Below, in pieces: positions 48,446 to 58,074 of a DNA stretch of 64,000 nucleotides. Origin of the DNA: an uncultured bacterium. GTDB taxonomy: Bacteria > Patescibacteriota > Patescibacteriia > UBA9570 > XYC2-FULL-38-9. The position numbers and the translations under genes are program-made. Positions within the stretch are counted from its first letter, which is position 1; each line of letters begins with the position of its first letter. Location of the stretch: the NCBI GenBank assembly GCA_937996685.1, contig CALKUP010000002.1, forward strand, positions 177,066 to 241,065, read 5' to 3'. The notes under the pieces are model-generated. The model was not told the origin of the DNA. It searched no databases and was given only the letters and a program-made list of their open reading frames with translations.

Positions 48446-50794
48446 TTAGAGGCCGATTTGGAAAACGTTACCGTTGTCTGTGAGAACAAAGAGTTTTTTG
48501 CCAGCTTCGTCTGCAACGATATCAACAATATTTTCGAATGATTCAGATGTATATTGATTGACGAGTGTGCCTTTTTTATCGAAGACAACGACGCGTTTTT
48601 GTGATGCATCAGCGATGTAGATGTTGCTACTGTTTTCATCTGTTGCGATGCTGACGCCAGAGGTGAGAGCAGGATCAACGGTTCCAAGTGTAAAGTCGGC
48701 TTTTTTACCACCTTCTAATTTTGTGACACTACCATTTTTATTCAAGACATAGACTGCGCCATCAATCGCCATTGCAACGCCATCACGCACAGAAACAGAA
48801 GAGTCAGTGAGCCAGTTTTCGCCACCTTGGAAAACATCGCCGTTTTTACGGTTACGGATAATTTGATTTGCCGCAGCGTCGAGAGTGTAGACACGTGTGC
48901 CACTGAAGACAGTCACGTCAACAATTGATTGTGGAGGAGTTGCGAATGACAGGTTTGCATTTGCGACGGTTGCAGAAACTGGATTGAATGTGCTGACCGT
49001 GTTGTTTGAAACAACGAGTCCAGTTCCAGGAGATGCTTTACTCGCAGCGGTAATAGGCGCGCCGTTATCTGAAATAGTGACACTCACTTCATTGTTTTCT
49101 AGATTGCCACGATAGACAGAGCTGTTGTTTGCATCAAACGCGTAGATAGAAGCGCCGAGCAGCATCATTTGTTTGACGGCAATAGCGCTGCTGATATCAG
49201 AAAATTTGATAGCTGGAGATAACGCACCGAGATCGTTTACTTTATTGCTTTTTTTCAATTCGTCATTCAAGACCTTTTCAATTTCTGCGCCACGTTCTTT
49301 ATATGCTTTTGAGTCTTTTGGAATAGTTGCAAGGAGTGATTTTGCCTCACTGTATTTTGTTTGACTGTCGCCGTTCACTAATTCAGCAGCTTTGCCTTCA
49401 TTGATTTTGACATCAATTTTATTTAAAACTTCAGCGTATTGATCTTGGGTTGAGTCACTTTCATTTGAAAGACTTTTTTTCAAAACAGATTGAGAGAAGA
49501 TGACCAAGACAATCACGGCCATGACAACAAATATTTTTTGCAAGAGAGTGAGTTTTGAGAACCAACGCATTACTGCACTGAAAAAACGAGTAGCAGTTGA
49601 TCGAATTGCCGCACCGTTGATATTTTTCAACGCAGATGCGCCTCCAGTACGATATGAAGAGTTCGGTGTTTTGCCACGTAATCGTTGAATCAGTTTGACG
49701 ATGACTTGCCACGCGCCTTTTCCGAATTGGACAAGGAGGTTCAAGGCACTTGCGCCGATGACGCCAGCTTGTTTTGCAATATTTGCAACAGGAGACTGCG
49801 CAGGACCTTGAGGTTGCAATCGAGTGTTGCTTGCTGCAACGCGATTCATTGGAGCTGCTGATTCTTCTGAAGGTCGCAGAGTTTGCGCAGGCTGAGTGCG
49901 TGGTTTTTCAGGAATGGTATTTTTCCCACCCATCATTGATTGTGCGTATTCAAGAGCTGATTTACGCAGTGTTGGCCAGACAGAAGAGGTCAGAAGCTCA
50001 GCAGTTTCTTGTTCTTTGTTCATTAATGAAGCCATGGAGTCAGTGTCGTGGAGTGTGGGTGAATGAACGGCGCGCTCTGTGTCAGTCGCAATAGAATCTG
50101 GTGTGACAAAGGCTGGTCGTTTTGATTCTGTGCGTTTTAATAAGATCCCGATGAAATTCCGATCGTTTGTATCAATCGAGAGCATGGTTTCAAACTCTGT
50201 TAATGCAGCGATTGAATTGTCTTCACTTAAAATACGACGCACTGTTTCACGACTGAGGTAATCCATCATTCCGTCAGTTGCGAAAAAAATCGAACCCGTT
50301 TCAGGAAGTTGACCTGCGACAACGTTTGTAAAAAATTTCAATGGGTTGAGTTCTGAGACGCGCGCATCTGGTTCAATGATGTCGATCAATTGATCTTTCA
50401 TTGTGAGAAGGCCGAGGACGCTGCCAGAATGTGCAAAGACGAGTTCTGTTCCATGGACAACACCAAAGACCGCGTGACAGTGAGTGAGCCATTCGCTGCC
50501 AACCTCAGAGACGATGGTTGCGATTTGTTCATTCATGCGATGGAGCGCATGTTCGAAAGCGGCTTCTGTTTCAAATTGCTCTGATGCGTAATAGGCGTCA
50601 GAGAGTGCGGCGATTAACAAATCGATAATATGATCATTGTTTTGGCCGGGGAGACCGAGCTCAATAATCGCAAACAGTTTCCCGAGATTTTTTTCTTCCA
50701 GCGGAGTCGGTGTCGCTGTATATAAACGAACACAATTGCGCGAGTCTGCTTTGACAACGCGGAGAAAAAGGGTTTCTGTACTGTTGTTATTCAT
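48446..50794 (-). CDS. Membrane protein with degenerate PP2C-like N-terminus and C-terminal beta-propeller
   Basis: AHSG and ATDG in the N-terminal domain; single TM; NHL-like repeats (IYIADA..KRVVVFD). Confidence 0.6.
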   Translation of the reverse strand: MNNNSTETLFLRVVKADSRNCVRLYTATPTPLEEKNLGKLFAIIELGLPGQNNDHIIDLLIAALSDAYYASEQFETEAAFEHALHRMNEQIATIVSEVGSEWLTHCHAVFGVVHGTELVFAHSGSVLGLLTMKDQLIDIIEPDARVSELNPLKFFTNVVAGQLPETGSIFFATDGMMDYLSRETVRRILSEDNSIAALTEFETMLSIDTNDRNFIGILLKRTESKRPAFVTPDSIATDTERAVHSPTLHDTDSMASLMNKEQETAELLTSSVWPTLRKSALEYAQSMMGGKNTIPEKPRTQPAQTLRPSEESAAPMNRVAASNTRLQPQGPAQSPVANIAKQAGVIGASALNLLVQFGKGAWQVIVKLIQRLRGKTPNSSYRTGGASALKNINGAAIRSTATRFFSAVMRWFSKLTLLQKIFVVMAVIVLVIFSQSVLKKSLSNESDSTQDQYAEVLNKIDVKINEGKAAELVNGDSQTKYSEAKSLLATIPKDSKAYKERGAEIEKVLNDELKKSNKVNDLGALSPAIKFSDISSAIAVKQMMLLGASIYAFDANNSSVYRGNLENNEVSVTISDNGAPITAASKASPGTGLVVSNNTVSTFNPVSATVANANLSFATPPQSIVDVTVFSGTRVYTLDAAANQIIRNRKNGDVFQGGENWLTDSSVSVRDGVAMAIDGAVYVLNKNGSVTKLEGGKKADFTLGTVDPALTSGVSIATDENSSNIYIADASQKRVVVFDKKGTLVNQYTSESFENIVDIVADEAGKKLFVLTDNGNVFQIGL

Positions 50795-50849
50795 ACCCCC
50801 TTTATACAATATTTGAAGGAAAACGACAAGCCGTGTATACTGCTTTTAT

Positions 50850-51485
50850 ATGTTAGAACAACTCTTTGGGTCACGGACCCGCGTGAAACTCCTCCGCTTG
50901 TTTTTTACTCAGCCAGAAGAACGTTATTTTGTGCGTGAACTGACACGGGTGATTGATGAGCAAATTAATTCCGTTCGTCGAGAGCTCCAAAATTTAGAAA
51001 CCATCGGTTTGGTTGTTTCTGATATTGTTGAAAAGAAGAAATATTACACATTAAATCCGGAGTTCCCATTGTTGCATGAATTGCAAGCAGTGATTATGAA
51101 AACTCGCCTTGTCACAGAACAGGCATTCGTGCAGTCTATTCGTGGGCTTGGACCAATTGAATATTTTTCATTGCTTGGGCATTTTGTGCAAGATGATGAC
51201 GCGCCAATTGATTTGTTTATCATCGGGACTGTGAGCAAGACGCGTTTGCAAAAACTGCTCCAACAATTTGAAGAGTTGTTTGGGAAGCAATTGCGCTACA
51301 CCGCACTCTCAAAAGAGGAGTATGAATATCGTGAAGATGTGGCAGATCGTTTCTTGGCTGACATCTTTAATCGTCGCAAAATGGTTGTTGTTGATAAAAT
51401 TAATAGTGGGATGCCAGATAAAGCCGTTGCGACAATGAGTCGTCAATTTGAAGAAGAACAAAATCAACAAAACGAACAATTATAA
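50850..51485 (+). CDS. Winged-HTH regulator with nucleotidyltransferase-like C-terminus
   Basis: LFGSRTRVKLL..F, VRELTR, VRREL..L and IDLFIIG. Confidence 0.7.
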   Translation: MLEQLFGSRTRVKLLRLFFTQPEERYFVRELTRVIDEQINSVRRELQNLETIGLVVSDIVEKKKYYTLNPEFPLLHELQAVIMKTRLVTEQAFVQSIRGLGPIEYFSLLGHFVQDDDAPIDLFIIGTVSKTRLQKLLQQFEELFGKQLRYTALSKEEYEYREDVADRFLADIFNRRKMVVVDKINSGMPDKAVATMSRQFEEEQNQQNEQL

Positions 51486-51497
51486 ATCTTACGTACT

Positions 51498-51971
51498 ATG
51501 AAAGAGGAATCAAATACAGAAATAAAAAGTGTTCATCATCATTTAGCGATGGTTTCCCGCGTGAATATGATTTTGAGTATCATTTCATTTGTATTAGTGC
51601 TGTTGTTTGGGGTGTGGTATCTCATGACAAGTGATGATGTGTCTGTGTCACGTTTGTTTGATCGAGCGCGCGGTGCAAGTGAAGCGGTGAGTGATCGCCC
51701 GGCAGTCACAAATACAGCGCCGAGTGCGGACGAGCTGCAAGCAACCTATCGCGCGGATTTGAAAAAAGCCCTCAGTGGATACGGTTTTGATGACAGCGCT
51801 GAGGCTGAAAAACGCTTATATACGGTATTAGAATTGCGTGCACCAGCAGAATTGAAAAATGTGCAACTCGACGTTGTTGTGGCGTTAAATAGTGCAAAAT
51901 CTGGAAATTACGACGACGCGAAAAAACGTATTGCAGACCTGCGCAATAGTTACGCGTGGCTTGCTGAGTAA
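51498..51971 (+). CDS. Membrane-anchored hypothetical protein
   Basis: Single TM; operonic spacing. Confidence 0.65.
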   Translation: MKEESNTEIKSVHHHLAMVSRVNMILSIISFVLVLLFGVWYLMTSDDVSVSRLFDRARGASEAVSDRPAVTNTAPSADELQATYRADLKKALSGYGFDDSAEAEKRLYTVLELRAPAELKNVQLDVVVALNSAKSGNYDDAKKRIADLRNSYAWLAE

Positions 51972-51977
51972 TTTGCT

Positions 51978-53111
51978 ATGAAAAATGTTACGTTCGTTGC
52001 CCTTGTTATTATTTGTATTGCGACATTTGGTGGCATATTTTTCTTAAATCAACGTCAACCTGCTGTTGTGATTCCAAAAACAACAACAGAGACAGGAGCG
52101 GTTGCGGTCAACACCCCGTCTGGTCAGATTTCGGCGCCACTCAGTGGTCGTGAAATTGCAGCAGTCACTACAACCGGAATAACGCTTCTCGCACCGAATA
52201 CAGAGAAAGTGTCATCTGCAGACGCGCCGTTGTCATATCAAACAATTGGCCATATCGATATCAGTCACACTGTTTCAGCAATTGCATGGAGCGGGGACAC
52301 GTTGTATTGGACAGAGGAGCGGGCAGTGAGCGATAGCGCGAGTGCACAGGGTTCAACGGCATTTGTGTTGGTTGCATGTCGCTTTGAACAACTGAATTGT
52401 TCACCGGTTGATCAAACAATCGTGAAGCATGCGATCGTTCGGATTATTCCTGACACAACAAATACCTTTCTCGGATTACTCGATGACGCGAATGACTTTT
52501 TTGTCTATACAATTGCCCAAGGTGAGATCAAGCGGATTTCACAAGATGTTGTTGGCGCAACATTTTTGCCTGGAAAATTATCAGTCGTTGTCGCGGCAGA
52601 GCAAGAGCCGCAGCCAGTGACAACCTATTATGAGTTATCAAAAACTGCGGAAGTAAAATCAACAACGGTTGTTCCTGGAACATTCGGAGGCTTTGGTGTG
52701 ACTGCGCTCAATGAAGCTGAGGTGCTTGGAGTGTCTTGGGGCAAGGGAGCCGAAGGAGTGGTGCAGCGCTTGCGATTAAGCACGAACACCGTGACTGATA
52801 TTGGATCAGTGACATTCTTGAAAGATGGCGCGACACTGCCGTCTGGTGTGTCTCCATTGCCACAGTTGATTGTGAATCCAAAAAAGACCGATGTACTCGT
52901 TCGGTTACCACGACTCGCGCAAGTGATTTTCACTCTTGAAAGCGCAACAGCGCGTGGCATGACCGAGACAGAGGATTTTGTCGATTTTATTGATGATTCG
53001 TCATACGCAACAATTATTGATAGCACCCTCTTTTCAGTTGGTGTACAATCTGGTATACAAACCCGACTCGCTGGCGATGTTGTCCTCTCAGCCGTGCGAG
53101 CAACCAAATAA
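51978..53111 (+). CDS. Exported beta-rich hypothetical protein
   Basis: N-terminal TM/signal and beta-strand periodicity. Confidence 0.6.
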   Translation: MKNVTFVALVIICIATFGGIFFLNQRQPAVVIPKTTTETGAVAVNTPSGQISAPLSGREIAAVTTTGITLLAPNTEKVSSADAPLSYQTIGHIDISHTVSAIAWSGDTLYWTEERAVSDSASAQGSTAFVLVACRFEQLNCSPVDQTIVKHAIVRIIPDTTNTFLGLLDDANDFFVYTIAQGEIKRISQDVVGATFLPGKLSVVVAAEQEPQPVTTYYELSKTAEVKSTTVVPGTFGGFGVTALNEAEVLGVSWGKGAEGVVQRLRLSTNTVTDIGSVTFLKDGATLPSGVSPLPQLIVNPKKTDVLVRLPRLAQVIFTLESATARGMTETEDFVDFIDDSSYATIIDSTLFSVGVQSGIQTRLAGDVVLSAVRATK

Positions 53112-53113
53112 CT

Positions 53114-53878
53114 ATGATTTTATTCAAACGTCTCATTCCATTTTTTGTCCCAGTTATCTTGATTTATTGCGGGGCACAGCTCACTGCATCTGTTGAACAA
53201 TGGCAAAAATTCCTCTTTATTGGCGCTATTGTCAGTATTTTCGCTGTTTGGCACTTATTGCAATGGCAATTATTGTCACTCGATCGCTGGTGGCAAGCCA
53301 TTCCAGCCTTTTTATGGCTGATTAGTGGCTATGCATTCTTCATTTTTATGGATCAAGGACTATATCAATGGATTTTGATTATTGGACTGCCGATTGTGTT
53401 TGGTCTGTATTTGGAGACATTATTCACATATCTGTATCAACCACATAAATATACCAATTTATTATTGCCAAAATTCTCACAATATTTGATTATTTTGAGT
53501 AGTTTTTTCTCATTTTCTTCAGTATTTGCACTGGTATTGATTAACAAATTCCGCTTGTGGGAGATGTTTTTAGCGGCATTTTTGTATGGTTTACTGACAT
53601 TTGCCCATGTCTTGCGTGGTTTTCACTTATTAGAGCGTAAATATGTGATGCTGATTCTGTGGTTTGGGTTGGTTGTGCTGCAATTAACTGCGGTGATGTA
53701 CTTACTGCCGACCAATTATATCGTTGCCGGCGGGGTATTTGGAGTCTTTTTCTATTCGGTTCCAAGTATCATTGTCATGCAACTCCGTGACGCGGTGGAC
53801 AAAAAGCAGATTTTTCAGTATACTCTTGTAGCTTTTGGAGCGCTTATTGTCACGCTTGTCACAGCTCAATGGCTTTAA
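53114..53878 (+). CDS. Polytopic membrane protein (DUF5656-like)
   Basis: About eight TM helices; LP motif before the penultimate TM. Confidence 0.6.
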   Translation: MILFKRLIPFFVPVILIYCGAQLTASVEQWQKFLFIGAIVSIFAVWHLLQWQLLSLDRWWQAIPAFLWLISGYAFFIFMDQGLYQWILIIGLPIVFGLYLETLFTYLYQPHKYTNLLLPKFSQYLIILSSFFSFSSVFALVLINKFRLWEMFLAAFLYGLLTFAHVLRGFHLLERKYVMLILWFGLVVLQLTAVMYLLPTNYIVAGGVFGVFFYSVPSIIVMQLRDAVDKKQIFQYTLVAFGALIVTLVTAQWL

Positions 53879-53901
53879 AAAACATTTAGATTCCTGATTT
53901 T

Positions 53902-55047
53902 ATGAAACAAGAAGTTGTCCCTACATCACCAAAATCGCAGCATCGTATGAATGCTGATAGTGAACGTCGCACGCGTTCAAGTTCGCCATTATTTCTCACA
54001 ATCCTCTTGAGCGTGGTTGTCAGTTTTGGTGCTGGTATGACTGGTTTTTTTGTGACAACGCTGATTCCGTCAGATACTCCAGTGATTGGTGGGTTGAACT
54101 TGATTGCTACATTGCAAAAAGAGCGGACTGATATCATTCTCTCAACACGAGGCAACGAGCAGTCATTGTTGCAGGAATCTCCAAGTGTGTTGTCTGAAAT
54201 TGCTGGTGTGTATTCCGCGTCTCCAGATATTGAAAAGGCTTCAAACTTTGTTGGGAATAGTGTCGTCGCAACAACAGACGGTTGGTTGGTGATCGCGACA
54301 AGTCTCTTGCCGCAAGATCCTTCCGTCGATGTTCTGAAAGAGTATCGCGTTATTGTAGGTTCCGGTGAAAGTTACACTATCGATAAGCGTATTGACGATG
54401 CATTTTCTGGCGTGTCATTTATTCATATCCCAGCGCAAAATTTGGATGTTGCGACATTCTCAAGTAGTACAACAATTTCCGTTGGTCAGCTCTTGAGTGT
54501 TATTGAAAAACAACTTGGTTCATATGTTGTCTATGAGCGTCGAGCAGCAGGCGAGCTCACACGAGCAAACACAATTCGTTCAACACAAAAATTAGACCAA
54601 TACACAGTGATTGATCCGCAAGATGTTGCGACCACTCGTTCAAGTAGCCCGGTTTATGGCAGTAACGCAGATTTGCTTGGCATCACATTGCAACAAGGCG
54701 TTGTTGTTCCAGCGTCAATTATCTACGGTGGTTTACAATCTGTTGTGTTAAACGGTGAATTAAAACGCCCACAAGCCTCATTCTCATACATCAATAGTAG
54801 TCGGCTGACAGATGCGCAACGTTTGGCGTATACAATCGCACAGCAAGGCATTTACATGTATGACGTGAAACAAGATGGTGGTTCTGGTTTGCAAAAACAA
54901 GATTTTATCACAGCAATCAACGGTGTGAATGTCACAGAAACAACCGATCTCACAACAATGATTCATAGTAAACCAATTGGTACAGAGTTTATCTTTACAG
55001 TATTGCGCGGTGGGCAAACAGTCACTGTCACTTGGAAATCACAATAA
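53902..55047 (+). CDS. HtrA-like trypsin-PDZ protein, probably catalytically inactive
   Basis: G..VTTDGWLV; PDZ GLQKQDFITAING..VLRGG. The catalytic His and GNSGG motif are absent. Confidence 0.7.
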   Translation: MKQEVVPTSPKSQHRMNADSERRTRSSSPLFLTILLSVVVSFGAGMTGFFVTTLIPSDTPVIGGLNLIATLQKERTDIILSTRGNEQSLLQESPSVLSEIAGVYSASPDIEKASNFVGNSVVATTDGWLVIATSLLPQDPSVDVLKEYRVIVGSGESYTIDKRIDDAFSGVSFIHIPAQNLDVATFSSSTTISVGQLLSVIEKQLGSYVVYERRAAGELTRANTIRSTQKLDQYTVIDPQDVATTRSSSPVYGSNADLLGITLQQGVVVPASIIYGGLQSVVLNGELKRPQASFSYINSSRLTDAQRLAYTIAQQGIYMYDVKQDGGSGLQKQDFITAINGVNVTETTDLTTMIHSKPIGTEFIFTVLRGGQTVTVTWKSQ

Positions 55048-55053
55048 GAACGT

Positions 55054-56367
55054 ATGCAGTATTGGTTGATTCCACTTGGCTGCGCGACGAATAAAGCGGA
55101 TGCCGAGCGCATTGCCGCGATGTTAGAGCGTGCTGGTTGCACACCAGCTGCTTCTGAAGACGACGCTGATGTTGTTGGTGTCATTGCGTGTTCGATTCGT
55201 CAAAGCGCGATTGATCGCATTTACAGCAAGATTCATAAGTGGAATAAACGGAAGGCTGAGAAGTCCTTGATTACAATCGTGTCTGGTTGTGTGTTAGATG
55301 CAGACAAAAAAAAGTTTTTGAAATTATTTGATATTGTCTTGCCACTTGAGGAAGTGCCGAAGCTTCCGGAATTGTTGCAAGAATATGGAGCGATGCCAGC
55401 CAGTAGTTTTTGGGATATTACACCAAAGCGTGGTTCACAATTTAAAGCGTTGGTTCCGATTCAAAATGGGTGCGATAAGTTTTGTACGTATTGCGCAGTG
55501 CCGTATACGCGTGGGCGAGAAGTGTCGCGGGCATCTGCAGAAATTTTAGCTGAAGTGCAAGAGTTGGTAGATAGCGGGTATCAGCAGATCACGCTGCTCG
55601 GGCAGAACGTGAATTCATATGGTTTAGATAAGCCGGGGAAAGATGAGCCCGGAAAAGAAGCAGAAGAGCGTGAATTGTCGTTCGCAGAGCTCTTAGATGC
55701 TGTTGGTGAGATTTGCGATGGAGCTGGCCGGCGTGTCTGGGTGCATTATACCTCGCCACATCCGAGAGATATGACCGAAGAGGTGTATCAAGTGCAAGCG
55801 AAACACCCATCACTCGCGAAATATTTGAATTTGCCGATGCAGTCTGGAGATTCAGAAGTATTGAAGCGGATGAATCGTCGGTATTCGATTGAGACGTATA
55901 TGGAAAAGCTCGACATGGCGCGGCGGATTATGCCGGAGATTACCGTGTCGACGGATATTATTGTTGGCTTTTGTGGTGAAACAGAAGAAGAGTTTGAGCA
56001 TACGCGGCAGGCCGTTGCGCGTGGGAAGTTTGATTTGGCGTTTATCGCGCAATATTCACCGCGTCCAGGAGCGGTTGCGGAAAAGCGGTTTGAAGACACT
56101 GTTCCGAAAGCGACAAAGAAAGAGCGACATTTGATTTTGACAGATGATTTAGCGGTTGTTGCGCTGGAGAACAATCAGAAACTGGTTGGAAAGGTGATTC
56201 CCGTGTTGGTTGATAGCAGCTCGCGCAAGAGCGGGAAGATGCTCGGGCGAACGGAAGGGTTGAAGTCTGTGGAATTTGAAAGTTCAGATGAGTCGCTGAT
56301 CGGGCAATTTATTGATATTGAAATTACAGAGTGTGACGCTTGGCGGTTTAAAGGTGTGTTGCGATAA
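55054..56367 (+). CDS. miaB: tRNA methylthiotransferase MiaB
   Basis: GC..N..D, CSIR, CDKFCTYC.VPYTRG.E, TSPHP, YSPRPG and C-terminal TRAM domain. Confidence 0.88.
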   Translation: MQYWLIPLGCATNKADAERIAAMLERAGCTPAASEDDADVVGVIACSIRQSAIDRIYSKIHKWNKRKAEKSLITIVSGCVLDADKKKFLKLFDIVLPLEEVPKLPELLQEYGAMPASSFWDITPKRGSQFKALVPIQNGCDKFCTYCAVPYTRGREVSRASAEILAEVQELVDSGYQQITLLGQNVNSYGLDKPGKDEPGKEAEERELSFAELLDAVGEICDGAGRRVWVHYTSPHPRDMTEEVYQVQAKHPSLAKYLNLPMQSGDSEVLKRMNRRYSIETYMEKLDMARRIMPEITVSTDIIVGFCGETEEEFEHTRQAVARGKFDLAFIAQYSPRPGAVAEKRFEDTVPKATKKERHLILTDDLAVVALENNQKLVGKVIPVLVDSSSRKSGKMLGRTEGLKSVEFESSDESLIGQFIDIEITECDAWRFKGVLR

Positions 56368-56437
56368 AGCGCAGATATTGACTATCAGGTGATTTTCCAG
56401 TTAGATGTGTACGCGACGTATACCGCAGGAGGTTGTC

Positions 56438-56692
56438 GTGGACCAATGGGTTGAAATTGAGTGCGTGGTCGGCAATCGCAGGCACCCTATTCGAGGAATC
56501 CTCGAGGAGCAGGATTTGTACATGGTGCGGATCAGGAGTCCTATGATTCTGATCCATTCCAGCTCCTCGGGGTCCAGGTGGTGTTCAATTCCAGGAGTCA
56601 GAAGAAAAACCCTGAATATGAGGTTTGTTGCGTCGGTAGATGAACTCTTGGAAGGTCCGTCTCCGGCAGTGCACGCCCAAGAAGAGGGCTGA
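56438..56692 (+). CDS. Small GC-rich orphan (84 aa)
   Basis: AGGAGG SD before GTG at 56438; hairpin and T run downstream. Confidence 0.5.
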   Translation: MDQWVEIECVVGNRRHPIRGILEEQDLYMVRIRSPMILIHSSSSGSRWCSIPGVRRKTLNMRFVASVDELLEGPSPAVHAQEEG

Positions 56693-56809
56693 AGCTCAGC
56701 TTCGTTCTCGGCAAGGGTTGGCGGTTATTCGAAAGAGTAACTCCCGGCCCGATTTTTGTATTAGACATGTTTCTTTTTGTGCTCTAAAATAGGAGTGAAG
56801 ATACATCTT

Positions 56810-57568
56810 ATGAATTTACGATATAGTCCATTAAAGCGTTTTGCAAAGAAAATCTATCGGCAGTTTTTTCCGATTCCGAAATCGCCGTACACCGTTGGTG
56901 CGGTTGAAGATATTTGTGCAGTCAATTTAGTTCCGCCGGCGGCGCTCGATGAATTTTTTGAACATGCAATTACGTTGCTGCAAAAAGAAAAGGGGAATGA
57001 TATTGGTGATTATTTAGAGTTCGGTGTGTTTAATGGAACATCGCTGATGAGCATGCAGCGTTCATGCACGAAACACGGTGTTGAATCGACCCGGTTTATT
57101 GGCTTTGATTCATTTGAAGGTTTGCCAGCGGGAGCGACGGCTGAAGATGACGGTGTGTGGAGTAAAGGAATGTACAGTTGTTCATTTGATGACTTACAAG
57201 GTTGTTTGCAGCGCGGTGGAGTTGCACTAGAGGACGTGACGTTTGTGAAAGGTTGGTATAACGAAACTCTGAATCAGGAGACGCGCGAAAAATTGCATCT
57301 TCAGAATATCAGCATTATTTTTATTGATTGCGATACGTATTCATCATCGAAAGCAGTGCTCGATTTTATTGAACCGTTGTTGAATCAGCCGTTGATTTTA
57401 TGTTTTGATGATTGGGAGCTGAATGATTTAGATGTGAAGGGAATGGGTGAGTACAAGTCATTTAATGAGTTTTTGGATCGGCATCCCGAGTTACAGCTTG
57501 AGGAAATTAAATCGTATAATCGTAAATCACGATCGTTTCTTGTGAAAGGGGAAAAACATGTCACTTAA
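56810..57568 (+). CDS. TylF/MycF-like methyltransferase
   Basis: GDYLEFGV..G.S, FDSFEGLP, VKGWY, IDCDTY and FDDW. Confidence 0.85.
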   Translation: MNLRYSPLKRFAKKIYRQFFPIPKSPYTVGAVEDICAVNLVPPAALDEFFEHAITLLQKEKGNDIGDYLEFGVFNGTSLMSMQRSCTKHGVESTRFIGFDSFEGLPAGATAEDDGVWSKGMYSCSFDDLQGCLQRGGVALEDVTFVKGWYNETLNQETREKLHLQNISIIFIDCDTYSSSKAVLDFIEPLLNQPLILCFDDWELNDLDVKGMGEYKSFNEFLDRHPELQLEEIKSYNRKSRSFLVKGEKHVT

Positions 57569-57998
57569 CTATATTCTCCGAAAAGCAACAGAAAGCGATT
57601 TTCAGTTTTTATTTGATTTACTCAAGCAGACAATGTTTAATCATGTTGTTGCGACATGGGGTGAGTGGGATGAAGATTTTCAAGTGGAGTATTTTCGCAA
57701 AAAGTTTGACCCAGAAAAAAATTGGGTGATTGTGATTGATGGAAAAGATGCAGGCGGATATATGGTCACAGAAGATGCAGGGACAGTGAAGCTCGATCGA
57801 ATGTTTTTATTACCGGAATATCAAGGAAAGGGAATTGGCTCGCACATTGTGCAAAATATACTGGAAGAGGTGGCTGCGAAAGGCAAAAAGCTGACATTAA
57901 CTGTGATTAAGCATAATGCTCGAGTATTGCCATTTTATGAGCGATTAGGCTTGCGTGTTGTTGGGGAGAATGAAGAGCGGTTTGTGTTGTCTAGTTGA
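57558..57998 (+). CDS. GNAT acetyltransferase
   Basis: PEYQGKGIG and N...FYERLG. Confidence 0.88.
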   Translation: MSLNYILRKATESDFQFLFDLLKQTMFNHVVATWGEWDEDFQVEYFRKKFDPEKNWVIVIDGKDAGGYMVTEDAGTVKLDRMFLLPEYQGKGIGSHIVQNILEEVAAKGKKLTLTVIKHNARVLPFYERLGLRVVGENEERFVLSS

Positions 57999-58074
57999 GG
58001 AGCTAAAATAGCCACACATTAAAGGCGTTGACCCGGATTGACATTCGGTTTTTATTCGGTTATGATAATTGTAT

